A stretch of DNA of 64,000 nt. It comes from a bacterium (lineage in GTDB: Bacteria > Hydrothermota > 32-111). The stretch is from positions 4,590 through 68,589 of the forward strand of contig JBFXGO010000004.1 in the NCBI GenBank assembly GCA_050239825.1, given 5' to 3'. Shown here piece after piece: positions 30,344-39,375 of this stretch. Position 1 is the stretch's first letter. Each line of letters starts with the position of its first letter. The position numbers were made by a program, and so were the translations under genes. Under the pieces are notes generated by a model that saw nothing but the letters and a program-made list of their open reading frames with translations, was not told the DNA's origin and made no database searches.

Positions 30344-30743
30344 CCTCTGTCGTCGAAGAGAGAAGTCTCTGCTTGAACTGTTTGGAAGCGAGAGCCCTGT
30401 ATAGACTTGAAAGGAGGGAGAGATAATCGGATTTCATTTCTTTTGAATAGAGGATAAGAAATATTATTCTTATATTTTCATCTCCCATGGAAAATGACTC
30501 TTTAAGAAGACCGGCGCACAGACACAGGGTTTTTCTTGATGTTTCAGCCCTCGGTACAATAACTTCGTCTGTATAGTATGTGCTGAACATTTTTTCCCTT
30601 GCAGTTATGCTTTTTTCTATTTCTGCGGACTCTTGCTGAGAGTATCCGCGCTTTTCAAGCATCTCTGCAAGAGAAGCAGTCAAATCCGTCGCGGAAAGGA
30701 ATGAGACAGACACAATTGAACTGTAATCCTTCGAATATTGCAT
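30294..30743 (-). CDS. PTS EIIA-Ntr (PtsN)-like domain protein with active-site His replaced by Arg
   Basis: 149 aa. It aligns to PtsN around ITAREKMFSTYY...VIVPRAET, where the canonical sequence is IAIPHGK, and the downstream LLL-type motif is IIFLILYS. Confidence 0.5.
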   Translation of the reverse strand: MQYSKDYSSIVSVSFLSATDLTASLAEMLEKRGYSQQESAEIEKSITAREKMFSTYYTDEVIVPRAETSRKTLCLCAGLLKESFSMGDENIRIIFLILYSKEMKSDYLSLLSSLYRALASKQFKQRLLSSTTEDEAGKQLAKGLHEIEL

Positions 30744-30777
30744 TTTTAATCTGCCTTTTTTGCATCGTTTGTCAGAT

Positions 30778-33240
30778 TCATCTGTTCTCCATATACTGTT
30801 TAAGCATATTGTCCCTCAATTCGAGATTTAGAGAGAGAAAGACCTTTGATGCGCTTTGAAGAAGTAATGATTTCAACTCCTTGTTTTTTCTGTAAATATA
30901 AGTCATATATGCCAATAACTCCGCTTTATACAGCATCTCCTCATTCTTTTCGATTCCAAGAAGCTCATGGGCAAAATCCCTGACTTTGCTCTGTTCCGGC
31001 TCCTTGTTGGCTCTTATAAAATCAAGAACCATTAAATCAAGATTATTGATTATATCATCTTTATTAAAATAATCAAGTTTCAACCACTTAGTGGAGTTTT
31101 TCGCCATTTTAATCTTCCTGTTTTGAAGTACGGCAAAATCGGGAACCGACCTCTTGTCCCTGTAAAAATCAAGAACAAGCTTGTTGTAATATTCGGCATT
31201 ATCCCATTCATACATTCTTATGAAGGCATCTGAAAGATTGTTATAGACAACCATCCTGTAAAAATCATTATCCTTCTCCCTCTCCATCGATAGGAGAGAT
31301 GTGAACATATCAAGAGATTTTGAAAATTCCCCCAGTTTTAGATGTGTGACTGCGAGATTGAGATTGATGCTCCACACTATTGAATTCATACTTGTGAATG
31401 GGAAGATGTCCATAGCTTTGTTGAAGTATTCAAGGGCTTTGAAGAGCTGGTCCTTCTGGTCAAACATATTTCCCATCATCATGTATACCTTTCCAAGGTC
31501 GGCCAAAAAGAGTTCTTTCGCGCATATCTCCTCGCATTTCAAAAAACAATCGACGGCTTCCTTCTCTCTCTGCCTGAACATGTAGTAGTTTGCCAGATTG
31601 GACAGATGCGACACATACTCCTTTTGAGTGAGAACCGTCTGGTCAATATTTTTTACAAACTCCTCAACCATCTCAAATAACTGTTTTCTAATACAGTAAC
31701 TTGTATAGAGTATGTTTGTGTAGGGGTCATCCAGTTTTTCAAGGTCAAGTTCTCCTGCAGTTGAAACAGTCTTCAGAACTTTTGTCTGAGCGCTTATCAC
31801 TGGGTCAGTTATCTTTGCAATCTCCTTTTCCGCAAGCTCGAAATTGGATTCAGCTATCAGTATTCTGGCCTTCAATGAGTGCAGTTCATCACCATCCTCT
31901 CCGGCATTTTTGAGAATTTCCATGGCTTCTTCCATATCTCCGTAATTGTACATGTCGAGAGATGCGGATAATGAGAGCTGTCTGTCTTTGCTCAAAGAGC
32001 ATATTCTCTTTTTTCTTGCAAGTTCAAACATCTTCTTTTGGCATGGCGAATATTTTTTATCATCAGAGAGTGAAAAGAAAATAGGCGGGTAGGAGTAGGT
32101 CAGACAAGAATCTCTTTCAATGAGAATCCCCAAAGAGAGAAGATGCATGACATCTTTGTATAGAGAGGGATTGTCTGCAACCGCAGACATGGATATTTCG
32201 AGTCCGAGTCTGTTCACCCGTTGGAGTGCTTTAACCGTAGAATCGCTTAGAGCAGAGATCTCCTCCTTTGCCGAAAAATCAGTAAGGGTCTCAAATTTGG
32301 CCATTGCCTCCTTTTTGACCGCCATTGAAACCAAAAACGGATTACCCTTGGTTGTCAGCTCCAGATAGTTCAGTGTGAAGAGATTAGCTTTCCTTCCGGC
32401 AAGTTCAAGAAATCTCACAATGTCGTTCTTTGAAAGATTCGACAATGTGTATTCATCGTGCTCTCTCTGTTTGAAAAAGTAAAGGAATTTGTTAAGTTTT
32501 TTATTCCCTTCAATGGTGGCGGGATTGTAAAAAAGTACTGTGACAGAGAATGCGTCATCCTCCCTGAAATTGTCAAGCTCAAGGAATTTTATTCTCTGAA
32601 ATTCACTCTGCAGTTTGTTGAGAAGAGATGTCTTCCCAGATTTAAATCCGCCCTTTATTATCACAGACCTCTCTCCGGCAAGCGACTTCTTTATCTCTCT
32701 CTCCTCCTTGAAAGGCATGTATATTCCGCCGCTCTCTCTCTTTGTATAGAGAGTGGAGCAGTTTTTGCCCCTCTCTTTTGAACAGTACAGAGCAAAATCG
32801 GCATTCTGCATTATGTTTTCAATCTCCTCTATTCCGCCCTCGGCTATTCCGAAGGAGAGTGTCACTGCAACCGACTTATTGACTATAATGAAAGGCCTGG
32901 AAGAAATATACTTTCTAAAATTCTCCATTGCCTCCTTCAATTCAGCGGCGCTTTTGTCAGAGGAGATGAATATAAATTCATCGCCTCCGAATCTTAGCGG
33001 ATAGTCATGTTTTTTGCTGTAGCTTTTGAGAAGACTGCCTATTTCCGTTATTATCTTGTCGCCTGTATAGTGACCGTGCACATCATTTATGTACTTAAAA
33101 TTGTCAATGTCAAAAAAGGCAAGAGAGATTGGCCCGTCAAGTATTGCCTGAGCGTTGAGCATAAATCTTTTGTTGAGTATTCCGGTAAGTTCGTCATAAT
33201 AGACAGGCTCAAATTCCATCCACTGTTTTTCCTGTCCCAT
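30778..33240 (-). CDS. GGDEF (diguanylate cyclase-like) domain fused to P-loop NTPase and TPR-like C-terminal region
   Basis: 820 aa. The N-terminal 170 aa is a GGDEF domain with an intact RFGGDEF and DIDNFKYINDVHGH. Walker A IIKGGFKSGKTSLL follows, then about 450 aa of helical TPR-like repeats. Confidence 0.7.
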   Translation of the reverse strand: MGQEKQWMEFEPVYYDELTGILNKRFMLNAQAILDGPISLAFFDIDNFKYINDVHGHYTGDKIITEIGSLLKSYSKKHDYPLRFGGDEFIFISSDKSAAELKEAMENFRKYISSRPFIIVNKSVAVTLSFGIAEGGIEEIENIMQNADFALYCSKERGKNCSTLYTKRESGGIYMPFKEEREIKKSLAGERSVIIKGGFKSGKTSLLNKLQSEFQRIKFLELDNFREDDAFSVTVLFYNPATIEGNKKLNKFLYFFKQREHDEYTLSNLSKNDIVRFLELAGRKANLFTLNYLELTTKGNPFLVSMAVKKEAMAKFETLTDFSAKEEISALSDSTVKALQRVNRLGLEISMSAVADNPSLYKDVMHLLSLGILIERDSCLTYSYPPIFFSLSDDKKYSPCQKKMFELARKKRICSLSKDRQLSLSASLDMYNYGDMEEAMEILKNAGEDGDELHSLKARILIAESNFELAEKEIAKITDPVISAQTKVLKTVSTAGELDLEKLDDPYTNILYTSYCIRKQLFEMVEEFVKNIDQTVLTQKEYVSHLSNLANYYMFRQREKEAVDCFLKCEEICAKELFLADLGKVYMMMGNMFDQKDQLFKALEYFNKAMDIFPFTSMNSIVWSINLNLAVTHLKLGEFSKSLDMFTSLLSMEREKDNDFYRMVVYNNLSDAFIRMYEWDNAEYYNKLVLDFYRDKRSVPDFAVLQNRKIKMAKNSTKWLKLDYFNKDDIINNLDLMVLDFIRANKEPEQSKVRDFAHELLGIEKNEEMLYKAELLAYMTYIYRKNKELKSLLLQSASKVFLSLNLELRDNMLKQYMENR

Positions 33241-33296
33241 AAAAACATTATAGAGGGTATAGGCAAAAAATCAATATACTCTTTCAGAAGGCGGCG

Positions 33297-33595
33297 GGGG
33301 GTGAAATTTGTGAAAATCAAATGGATGGAAGAAATAGTTTATCTCGATTGGCAACAATTCCACTGTTTCATCAGGACACATAATAGAAGCATCATAGAGA
33401 TGAAATTTTGGGATCTTGTTTTCAAAAAGAACCATATTAATCACATAAAACAGACACTGTTAAAGAATTGAAGAACTAAGAAAAAACATTGGAAATTTGA
33501 CTTTTAATACACAGTTAAAAGCAAAACTAAAGAATCATAACGATAAAATTCGGAACTTCAAAACATTTTCACAAATTTCACCCCCCGCCGCCTTT
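33297..33595. repeat. 28-30-bp perfect inverted repeat pair flanking ~240 bp (MITE-like/large stem-loop)
   Basis: aaggcggcggggggtgaaatttgtgaaaat at 33299-33328 is exactly complementary to attttcacaaatttcaccccccgccgcctt at 33566-33595. The pair sits in a 360-bp intergenic gap between two minus-strand genes. Confidence 0.7.
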
Positions 33596-33599
33596 TTTG

Positions 33600-35276
33600 T
33601 TATTTTATCTGGTTAAGATAAAAGAAAAGTGCGTTTTTTGATGAGAAAATATCATCTGCTCTAAGAGAGACATTGCCGGTGGATGAGTAAAATTCCAGAG
33701 AGAGAAGGTCTCCCTTCTTCAGAGAAAGCACTCCCGCGCAGTTGAGGGTAGAGTATCCTTCAAAATTTTCCTGCAGAGTCACAACCGAATTGAGTTTTTC
33801 CTCCTCTTTTTTGTTTTTAACAAGACGCAATGCCGCTTTGCATGAGGAATCAGGCGTTCCGATTTTCTTTACGGATGCCGTGTATCCTGCATAGTAAATG
33901 CCGTCATAATTGACGGTAATCACTCCTGTCTTTTTATCCCAAGAAAAGAGTGAGTCTCCTCTGAATGTCTTTCTTTCAGAAAATACAATTGATGTGAATT
34001 TGCCGTTTGAAAAAACATCCGAAGCTGTCCATTCGGCCGCTCCGGCAAAAGTGCTGATGCTACCCATCATAGAGAGAGTGTCCGGCTTCATTGACTTCCT
34101 CACTATGATGGAATTGGCGCTGTCTTCAAAAATCGAAAAATCGCTTATTTTATCTCCATCCGCAATTCCCCATCTGACAGGAGAGTTTGTACCTATATTG
34201 TACTTCATAAGAAGCGGAGACCCGGGAAAATTGAGGAATGATTTCATGAAGATATTCCCCTCTCCCATGATGTCATTCTTTGACATTGACAGCCGCCCTC
34301 CGCTGAACTGAATTGAATCTCCGTTCTTCTCCCTTATAAATAGAGCGCCGTCTTTTGATATTTTTGCGTAACCCTCTCCTTCGACAGTCAAATCCCCTTC
34401 AATGCGCCATGGAGTAGTTATTCCGCTGTTTTTCGCACTGCCTGAAAAATATATGGAATCTGTTTTGGTGCGCGTCTTGAAATCACCAGCGAGAACCGTC
34501 TCGTCAGCTCTGAGAACCGAAACAGCCCTACCGTTCATAATGCTTATCTGATTCTGAACATTCAGGTATCCCGTGATATGAAGGTATCTGATGAATGTAA
34601 AGTTATCCGCAAAGTACAATTCCCTTTTCTGTTCATTGCCGTAAATGATGAGCGTGTCTCCCCTCTTATTGTAGCAATTGGATATTATGCCGTAAAAATT
34701 CTTGCCCACTCCCTTTCCCTGCGTCCAAACAAGATATCCTGTTGAAGGCCAGTTGAAATCCTCCGTAATCTCTGAAGCAAATATATCGGAGAATGCGACA
34801 TCCTTTGTCGATCTCATGCTCTCTATCATATTGTGAAAGAAACCCATGTATGCCATGTATCCGGTGTTTTCGAGCGACTTGAACGAGAGATTTTGCAGGG
34901 TAAGATAAATACTGTCGGCTTTGTTTATAAAGACTGTGTTTGAAAGGCTTGCATTGCAGGCGCTGTTGACTCCGCAAATGGAAATAAACCTGAACGGAGT
35001 ATCTATGTATACGGATTCTGCTTCAAGATTTCCGTAAATCAAAATGCTGATTGTGTCCAGCTTATTCTTTCTGCAATGGTCAAGAACCTGATTTATAGAT
35101 GAAAACTCGGCTCCCTGATAAGAGACATTGAATGATTTATAGTATCTGAAATCAATGCTGTCTTTAAGAAGTTCATAAAATTTCGGCATGTATGACTGCA
35201 GGTCCGGCTGAAACGATTGTGAAAACAAGAACAGCGAAACGACTGTTAAAATAATTACTAAAGCGCTTTTTTTCAT
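33600..35276 (-). CDS. Secreted hypothetical protein
   Basis: 558 aa with a signal peptide, a beta-rich composition and no recognisable catalytic motif. Confidence 0.45.
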   Translation of the reverse strand: MKKSALVIILTVVSLFLFSQSFQPDLQSYMPKFYELLKDSIDFRYYKSFNVSYQGAEFSSINQVLDHCRKNKLDTISILIYGNLEAESVYIDTPFRFISICGVNSACNASLSNTVFINKADSIYLTLQNLSFKSLENTGYMAYMGFFHNMIESMRSTKDVAFSDIFASEITEDFNWPSTGYLVWTQGKGVGKNFYGIISNCYNKRGDTLIIYGNEQKRELYFADNFTFIRYLHITGYLNVQNQISIMNGRAVSVLRADETVLAGDFKTRTKTDSIYFSGSAKNSGITTPWRIEGDLTVEGEGYAKISKDGALFIREKNGDSIQFSGGRLSMSKNDIMGEGNIFMKSFLNFPGSPLLMKYNIGTNSPVRWGIADGDKISDFSIFEDSANSIIVRKSMKPDTLSMMGSISTFAGAAEWTASDVFSNGKFTSIVFSERKTFRGDSLFSWDKKTGVITVNYDGIYYAGYTASVKKIGTPDSSCKAALRLVKNKKEEEKLNSVVTLQENFEGYSTLNCAGVLSLKKGDLLSLEFYSSTGNVSLRADDIFSSKNALFFYLNQIK

Positions 35277-36370
35277 TTCTGCTCCATTTTGGTTTGAATC
35301 CCGACTCTTAAAATAAATCCGATGGTGTCTATTGAAATTTCGTTTTCGGGAAAATCCGATTCACTTAGATTCTTCATTAAAAGAGCGGCGGAGTTCAATG
35401 TATCAATTTCTATACCGCTATTTCTAACCTGCTTGAATGAGTAGACTCTGCCGGTTTTAAATGAACCGTCGGAATTCAGCTCTATACTTAGAAGCGGAGC
35501 CAAACCGGTTACTCCGCTTATGTTTATTCCCGCGTATGTCAGAAAGTTACCCAGAGAGTATGCTATTATCCTGTCTTTATAAAGCTCTATTCCGCGCGGC
35601 ACATGGGGTCCGTGTCCTATCACCGCATCAGCGCCGGCATCGATTGCTTCCCGGCAGAACCTGTATATATTGCCCCTCAGCTCTCCGTACATATACTCAA
35701 CCTCGTCTTTTACATGACACGAATTTTTTCCCTCGCTGCCCCCGTGAAAAGTCACTATCACTATGTAATTTGAGTCGCTCAACTGCCTTATCATCTGCAT
35801 GGGCTTCCCGGCATCAAGGATGCTGTTCATGCCTGAATAGGATGAAAATCCGATTACGGCAATCTTCATTGAGTCTTTTTCAAAGAAAGCGTTCTGTCCT
35901 GACAATCCGGTGTATTTGATGCCCAGAGAGTCAAGCACCCTCATTGTGGATTTCACTCCGCCTTCTCCAAAATCCCTAATATGATTGTTTGCAATGTTCA
36001 GAACATTGAATCCCGCATTTTTAAGGTTGATTCCGAGTTTTTCAGGAGTCTTGAAAGCGTAGGTCTTGCCCTCAACTATTTTTTTTACGAGAACCCCTTC
36101 ATCGCAGAGAGCGCATTCAAGATTGCCCATGACAATATCTCCCTCTTTTAAAAGACTCTCAGCCGGAGAGAAGAGGAATCTGCCATTATCCTGCGGCAGG
36201 TTATCTGAAGGATATGTGTTTCCCATAACAATATCTCCCACTGCTGTGATAAGTATTGTTTTGGGTACTATCTCATTTTTTGCGGCTTCGGGGGTTTTTG
36301 ACTGGGCCAAAATAATGGCCGCAGATGCAAGAGCCAGAAGAAACGCACAGATTAATATGATTCTTTTCAT
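35273..36370 (-). CDS. CapA/PgsA-family metallophosphatase-fold protein
   Basis: 365 aa with a signal peptide and motifs GDIVMGNLE, ANNHIRDFG, HGGSEG and GHGPHVPRG. Confidence 0.75.
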   Translation of the reverse strand: MKRIILICAFLLALASAAIILAQSKTPEAAKNEIVPKTILITAVGDIVMGNTYPSDNLPQDNGRFLFSPAESLLKEGDIVMGNLECALCDEGVLVKKIVEGKTYAFKTPEKLGINLKNAGFNVLNIANNHIRDFGEGGVKSTMRVLDSLGIKYTGLSGQNAFFEKDSMKIAVIGFSSYSGMNSILDAGKPMQMIRQLSDSNYIVIVTFHGGSEGKNSCHVKDEVEYMYGELRGNIYRFCREAIDAGADAVIGHGPHVPRGIELYKDRIIAYSLGNFLTYAGINISGVTGLAPLLSIELNSDGSFKTGRVYSFKQVRNSGIEIDTLNSAALLMKNLSESDFPENEISIDTIGFILRVGIQTKMEQK

Positions 36371-36373
36371 GGC

Positions 36374-36856
36374 TTAAAGAGTCTTGAATTCCACTTCATC
36401 TTTCTTTACAAGGGCATATGACATCCTGAAATTCATAACAGATGACAAAGCTCCGGGATTGACTATCCGTTTGTTGTTTTTCTTTTTGTTCTCTCTCACA
36501 TGGGTGTGGCCGTAAAAAATATATTTTGTCTTCGAATCCTCAATATACTCTTCAGTAAAGAAAGGTTCGTGCATTATCGCAATATGGCCGAAATCTTCTA
36601 CGAATATTTCATAGGGAGGATTTGAAAAATCAAAATCAATTGATTTCAGGAACGATGCTGAAGAAAGGTCTAAGACATCATTGTTTCCCTTCACCACATA
36701 CTTTTCGCATTTTAATATTTTAAGAGGCTCCAGTATAGTAAAATCAGTCACATCTCCAAGGTGTATCAAAGCCAAAAGCTTGACATTTTCATATTCTTTT
36801 GCAAGTCTTTTGATGCAATTCTCATTGTTATGCGTATCTGAAATGAGAAGTATCAA
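36374..36856 (-). CDS. YfcE/MJ0936-type metallophosphoesterase
   Basis: 160 aa with motifs LISDTHN, GDV, GNND and GHTH. Confidence 0.75.
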   Translation of the reverse strand: MILLISDTHNNENCIKRLAKEYENVKLLALIHLGDVTDFTILEPLKILKCEKYVVKGNNDVLDLSSASFLKSIDFDFSNPPYEIFVEDFGHIAIMHEPFFTEEYIEDSKTKYIFYGHTHVRENKKKNNKRIVNPGALSSVMNFRMSYALVKKDEVEFKTL

Positions 36857-37635
36857 AGCAAACTCCTTGCAATAGTGAATATGCCCAGTGCGGCGAGATA
36901 GTACGAAAAATAGTGAAATTTGTTTGATTTGAGAACTCTGTAGAGAAAGAGAACCGAAAAATATCCGAAAACAAATGCGCTCAAGAATCCGATGAGAATC
37001 GCAAAGTCGAATAGAGGCTTTGTGTCAAGAAGCTCTTTTAGAAATGCGCCGAGTATCAGCGGCATAGCCATAAAAAATGAAAAGTCGCATGCATCCTCCC
37101 TGTCAATTCCCAGCATTATCCCCGAGGAGATGGTAGTGCCTGAGCGTGAAATACCGGGAAATAGAGCAATAATCTGCGCTATTCCTATAAAAAGAGCAGA
37201 CTTGAACTCTATTTTTTTGCTCTTATTGAAAAACTTCGTTGCAAAGAGCATGACTGCCGTAATCAAAAAAAATATTCCGACAAACCTCATATCGGAAAAT
37301 GTTTTTTCTATCAGCTCGTCAAAGATAAGTGCAAAAACAACTGCGGGAATGATGCCCGCAATGATATATCCTCCGTATCTGAGATTCTTCTTCGGATTCT
37401 CTGATTTGTCTGAAATTTCGCGTATCATGCCTTTAATAAGAGAAATTATTTTTTTCCTCATGAAGAGCATAACTGCAAAAAGAGTTCCCAGATGCAGCAC
37501 AACTTCAAAAAAGAGATTATCCGAAGGTATCTTCAAAATGCTGTTTGCCAGTGCAAGATGACCTGAAGAGGAGACAGGGAGAAACTCTGTCAAACCCTGA
37601 ATCGCTCCGAGGAATGCTGCTGTCAATGAATTCAT
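36853..37635 (-). CDS. uppP: Undecaprenyl-diphosphate phosphatase
   Basis: 260 aa. The BacA/UppP signatures LPVSSSGH and SRSGTTIS are present within an 8-TM topology. Confidence 0.9.
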   Translation of the reverse strand: MNSLTAAFLGAIQGLTEFLPVSSSGHLALANSILKIPSDNLFFEVVLHLGTLFAVMLFMRKKIISLIKGMIREISDKSENPKKNLRYGGYIIAGIIPAVVFALIFDELIEKTFSDMRFVGIFFLITAVMLFATKFFNKSKKIEFKSALFIGIAQIIALFPGISRSGTTISSGIMLGIDREDACDFSFFMAMPLILGAFLKELLDTKPLFDFAILIGFLSAFVFGYFSVLFLYRVLKSNKFHYFSYYLAALGIFTIARSLL

Positions 37636-38483
37636 GCGGCTCCCATCATGATGGCGGTAAGACCGACAATCATGTCGTATTTTATATAATTGTTGACGAA
37701 CCTCTTTGTTTTAATGTCGTCAAAGATGTAAAAAATTATAAGAAGCACTATAAGCACAATGTCCACTCCGAAAAAAGTTATGAAGAAGTACCATTTGTTG
37801 TATGTTCCGTTAAAGTAAGGTATGAATGTTATAACAATGAGAGAGAGAAAAACCACTGCGGCTATGAAGAATGATTTTGTCTTTCCGATTATTATAGGCA
37901 TTGTCTTCATTCCCGCATACTCGTCTCCATCAACATCCTCAATGTCCTTCGTTATCTCTCTTCCGAGATTCATTAAGAAGGAGAATATTGCCGGGAATAT
38001 TCCCTTTGTAAAATCCCCGCCTGCCTCGGCTCCGAAAATGAAGAGTATCCCTGTAAGGAGAGATATGGTAAGGTTTCCTATGAATGGAAGGCGTTTGAAT
38101 GACCAAGAGTAAAGAAAGAGCAGCACTGCGGATATAAGGGCGATTACAAATCCGATTTTTGATATGAATGCGGAGATTACTATGCCTGAAATTAAAAAGA
38201 CAAATACAAGGACGAACATGTGCCTGAGGTTGAAATCCATTGCTATAAGCGGACGGGATGGCTTGTTGATCTTGTCAGTCTCTATGTCAAACAGGTCATT
38301 CACAATGTTGCCTCCGGCAAAGACCAAAAAAACTGTCACTACCGAGAGTGTGAGTTTGATATAATCAGGATCCCTCGTTGCTATGAACGCGGAAATTATA
38401 ACCGAAAGCACCCCCATCAGGCAGTTGTTGAGCCTGATGAGGTACATAAAACCTATGAATTTACTGTTTTGGCTTTGCTTCAT
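37632..38483 (-). CDS. UbiA-family prenyltransferase
   Basis: 283 aa polytopic protein with NDLFDIETDKINKPSRP (first Asp-rich motif) and a second D-rich motif. It is translationally coupled to uppP. Confidence 0.75.
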   Translation of the reverse strand: MKQSQNSKFIGFMYLIRLNNCLMGVLSVIISAFIATRDPDYIKLTLSVVTVFLVFAGGNIVNDLFDIETDKINKPSRPLIAMDFNLRHMFVLVFVFLISGIVISAFISKIGFVIALISAVLLFLYSWSFKRLPFIGNLTISLLTGILFIFGAEAGGDFTKGIFPAIFSFLMNLGREITKDIEDVDGDEYAGMKTMPIIIGKTKSFFIAAVVFLSLIVITFIPYFNGTYNKWYFFITFFGVDIVLIVLLIIFYIFDDIKTKRFVNNYIKYDMIVGLTAIMMGAA

Positions 38484-39375
38484 CCTTGAAAATCTCTTTG
38501 ATTGATCCTAATGACGAAAGTATTCCTGTTGCTTCAAAGGGAAGGAAAATCTTTGTCGCATTTCCATTGGCCATCTTCTCAAGAGCTTCAAGATACTTTA
38601 TAGCAATGACATCCTCTGTCGCCTTTCCCTGATGAATTGCTTCAAAGACAGTCTTTATGGCGCGCGCCTGGCCATCAGCTATCAGGATAGCCGACTGCTG
38701 TTCACCCTCCGCTTTCCTTATTGCATACTCCTTCTCTCCTTCGGCTTTCAGTATATTTGATTGTTTGTCTCCCTCTGCAAGAAGTATGACCGAACGCTTC
38801 TCTCTCTCTGCTTTCATCTGTTTTGTCATCGCTTCCTGAATTTCGTCGGGAGGATTTATGTTCTTTAGTTCAACTCTGTTGACCTTGACTCCCCACTTGT
38901 CTGTGGCTTCATCAAGTATCTTCTGAAGTTCGCTGTTTATCTTTGTTCTTGATACGAGTGTTTCGTCAAGAGTCAAATCTCCTATCACATTTCTGAGAGT
39001 CGTTATGGTAAGCTTCTCTATCGCCATGACAAGATTGCTAATCTCATAGACTGCCTTATAAGGGTCGTTTATCTGATAGTAGATAACTGAATCGATGAGC
39101 ATTGTGACATTGTCCTTTGTTATCACCGGCTGGGGATTAAAATCAAGCACCTGCTCTCTCAAATCTATTCTTACCACATATTTGTGTCCGAATATCACAG
39201 CCCTCAAGGAATCAATTATCGGCCATACTATGTGAATGCCTGATGAAATTGTTTTGTGATATTTTCCCAGTCTTTCAACTATAGCCACCTCTGCCTGTCT
39301 GATTATTATTATGCCCTTTAAGGCAAAGATCAGAACGGCAACAACTACGAGAATTAAAAATATCGACATATTCAC
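38461..39375 (-). CDS. SPFH/band-7 (stomatin/HflKC-like) protein
   Basis: 304 aa with an N-terminal TM anchor and an SPFH core followed by a coiled coil (AEREKRSVILLAEGDKQSNILKAEGEKEYAI). Confidence 0.8.
   Translation of the reverse strand: MNMSIFLILVVVAVLIFALKGIIIIRQAEVAIVERLGKYHKTISSGIHIVWPIIDSLRAVIFGHKYVVRIDLREQVLDFNPQPVITKDNVTMLIDSVIYYQINDPYKAVYEISNLVMAIEKLTITTLRNVIGDLTLDETLVSRTKINSELQKILDEATDKWGVKVNRVELKNINPPDEIQEAMTKQMKAEREKRSVILLAEGDKQSNILKAEGEKEYAIRKAEGEQQSAILIADGQARAIKTVFEAIHQGKATEDVIAIKYLEALEKMANGNATKIFLPFEATGILSSLGSIKEIFKDEAKPKQ

Noticed and set aside
33007-33471. 154-aa plus-strand ORF spanning the start of the GGDEF-NTPase gene and the MITE-like region
   Set aside because: It overlaps a well-supported minus-strand gene for 230 bp and continues into the inverted-repeat element. 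There is no RBS, and the composition is hydrophobic and low-complexity.
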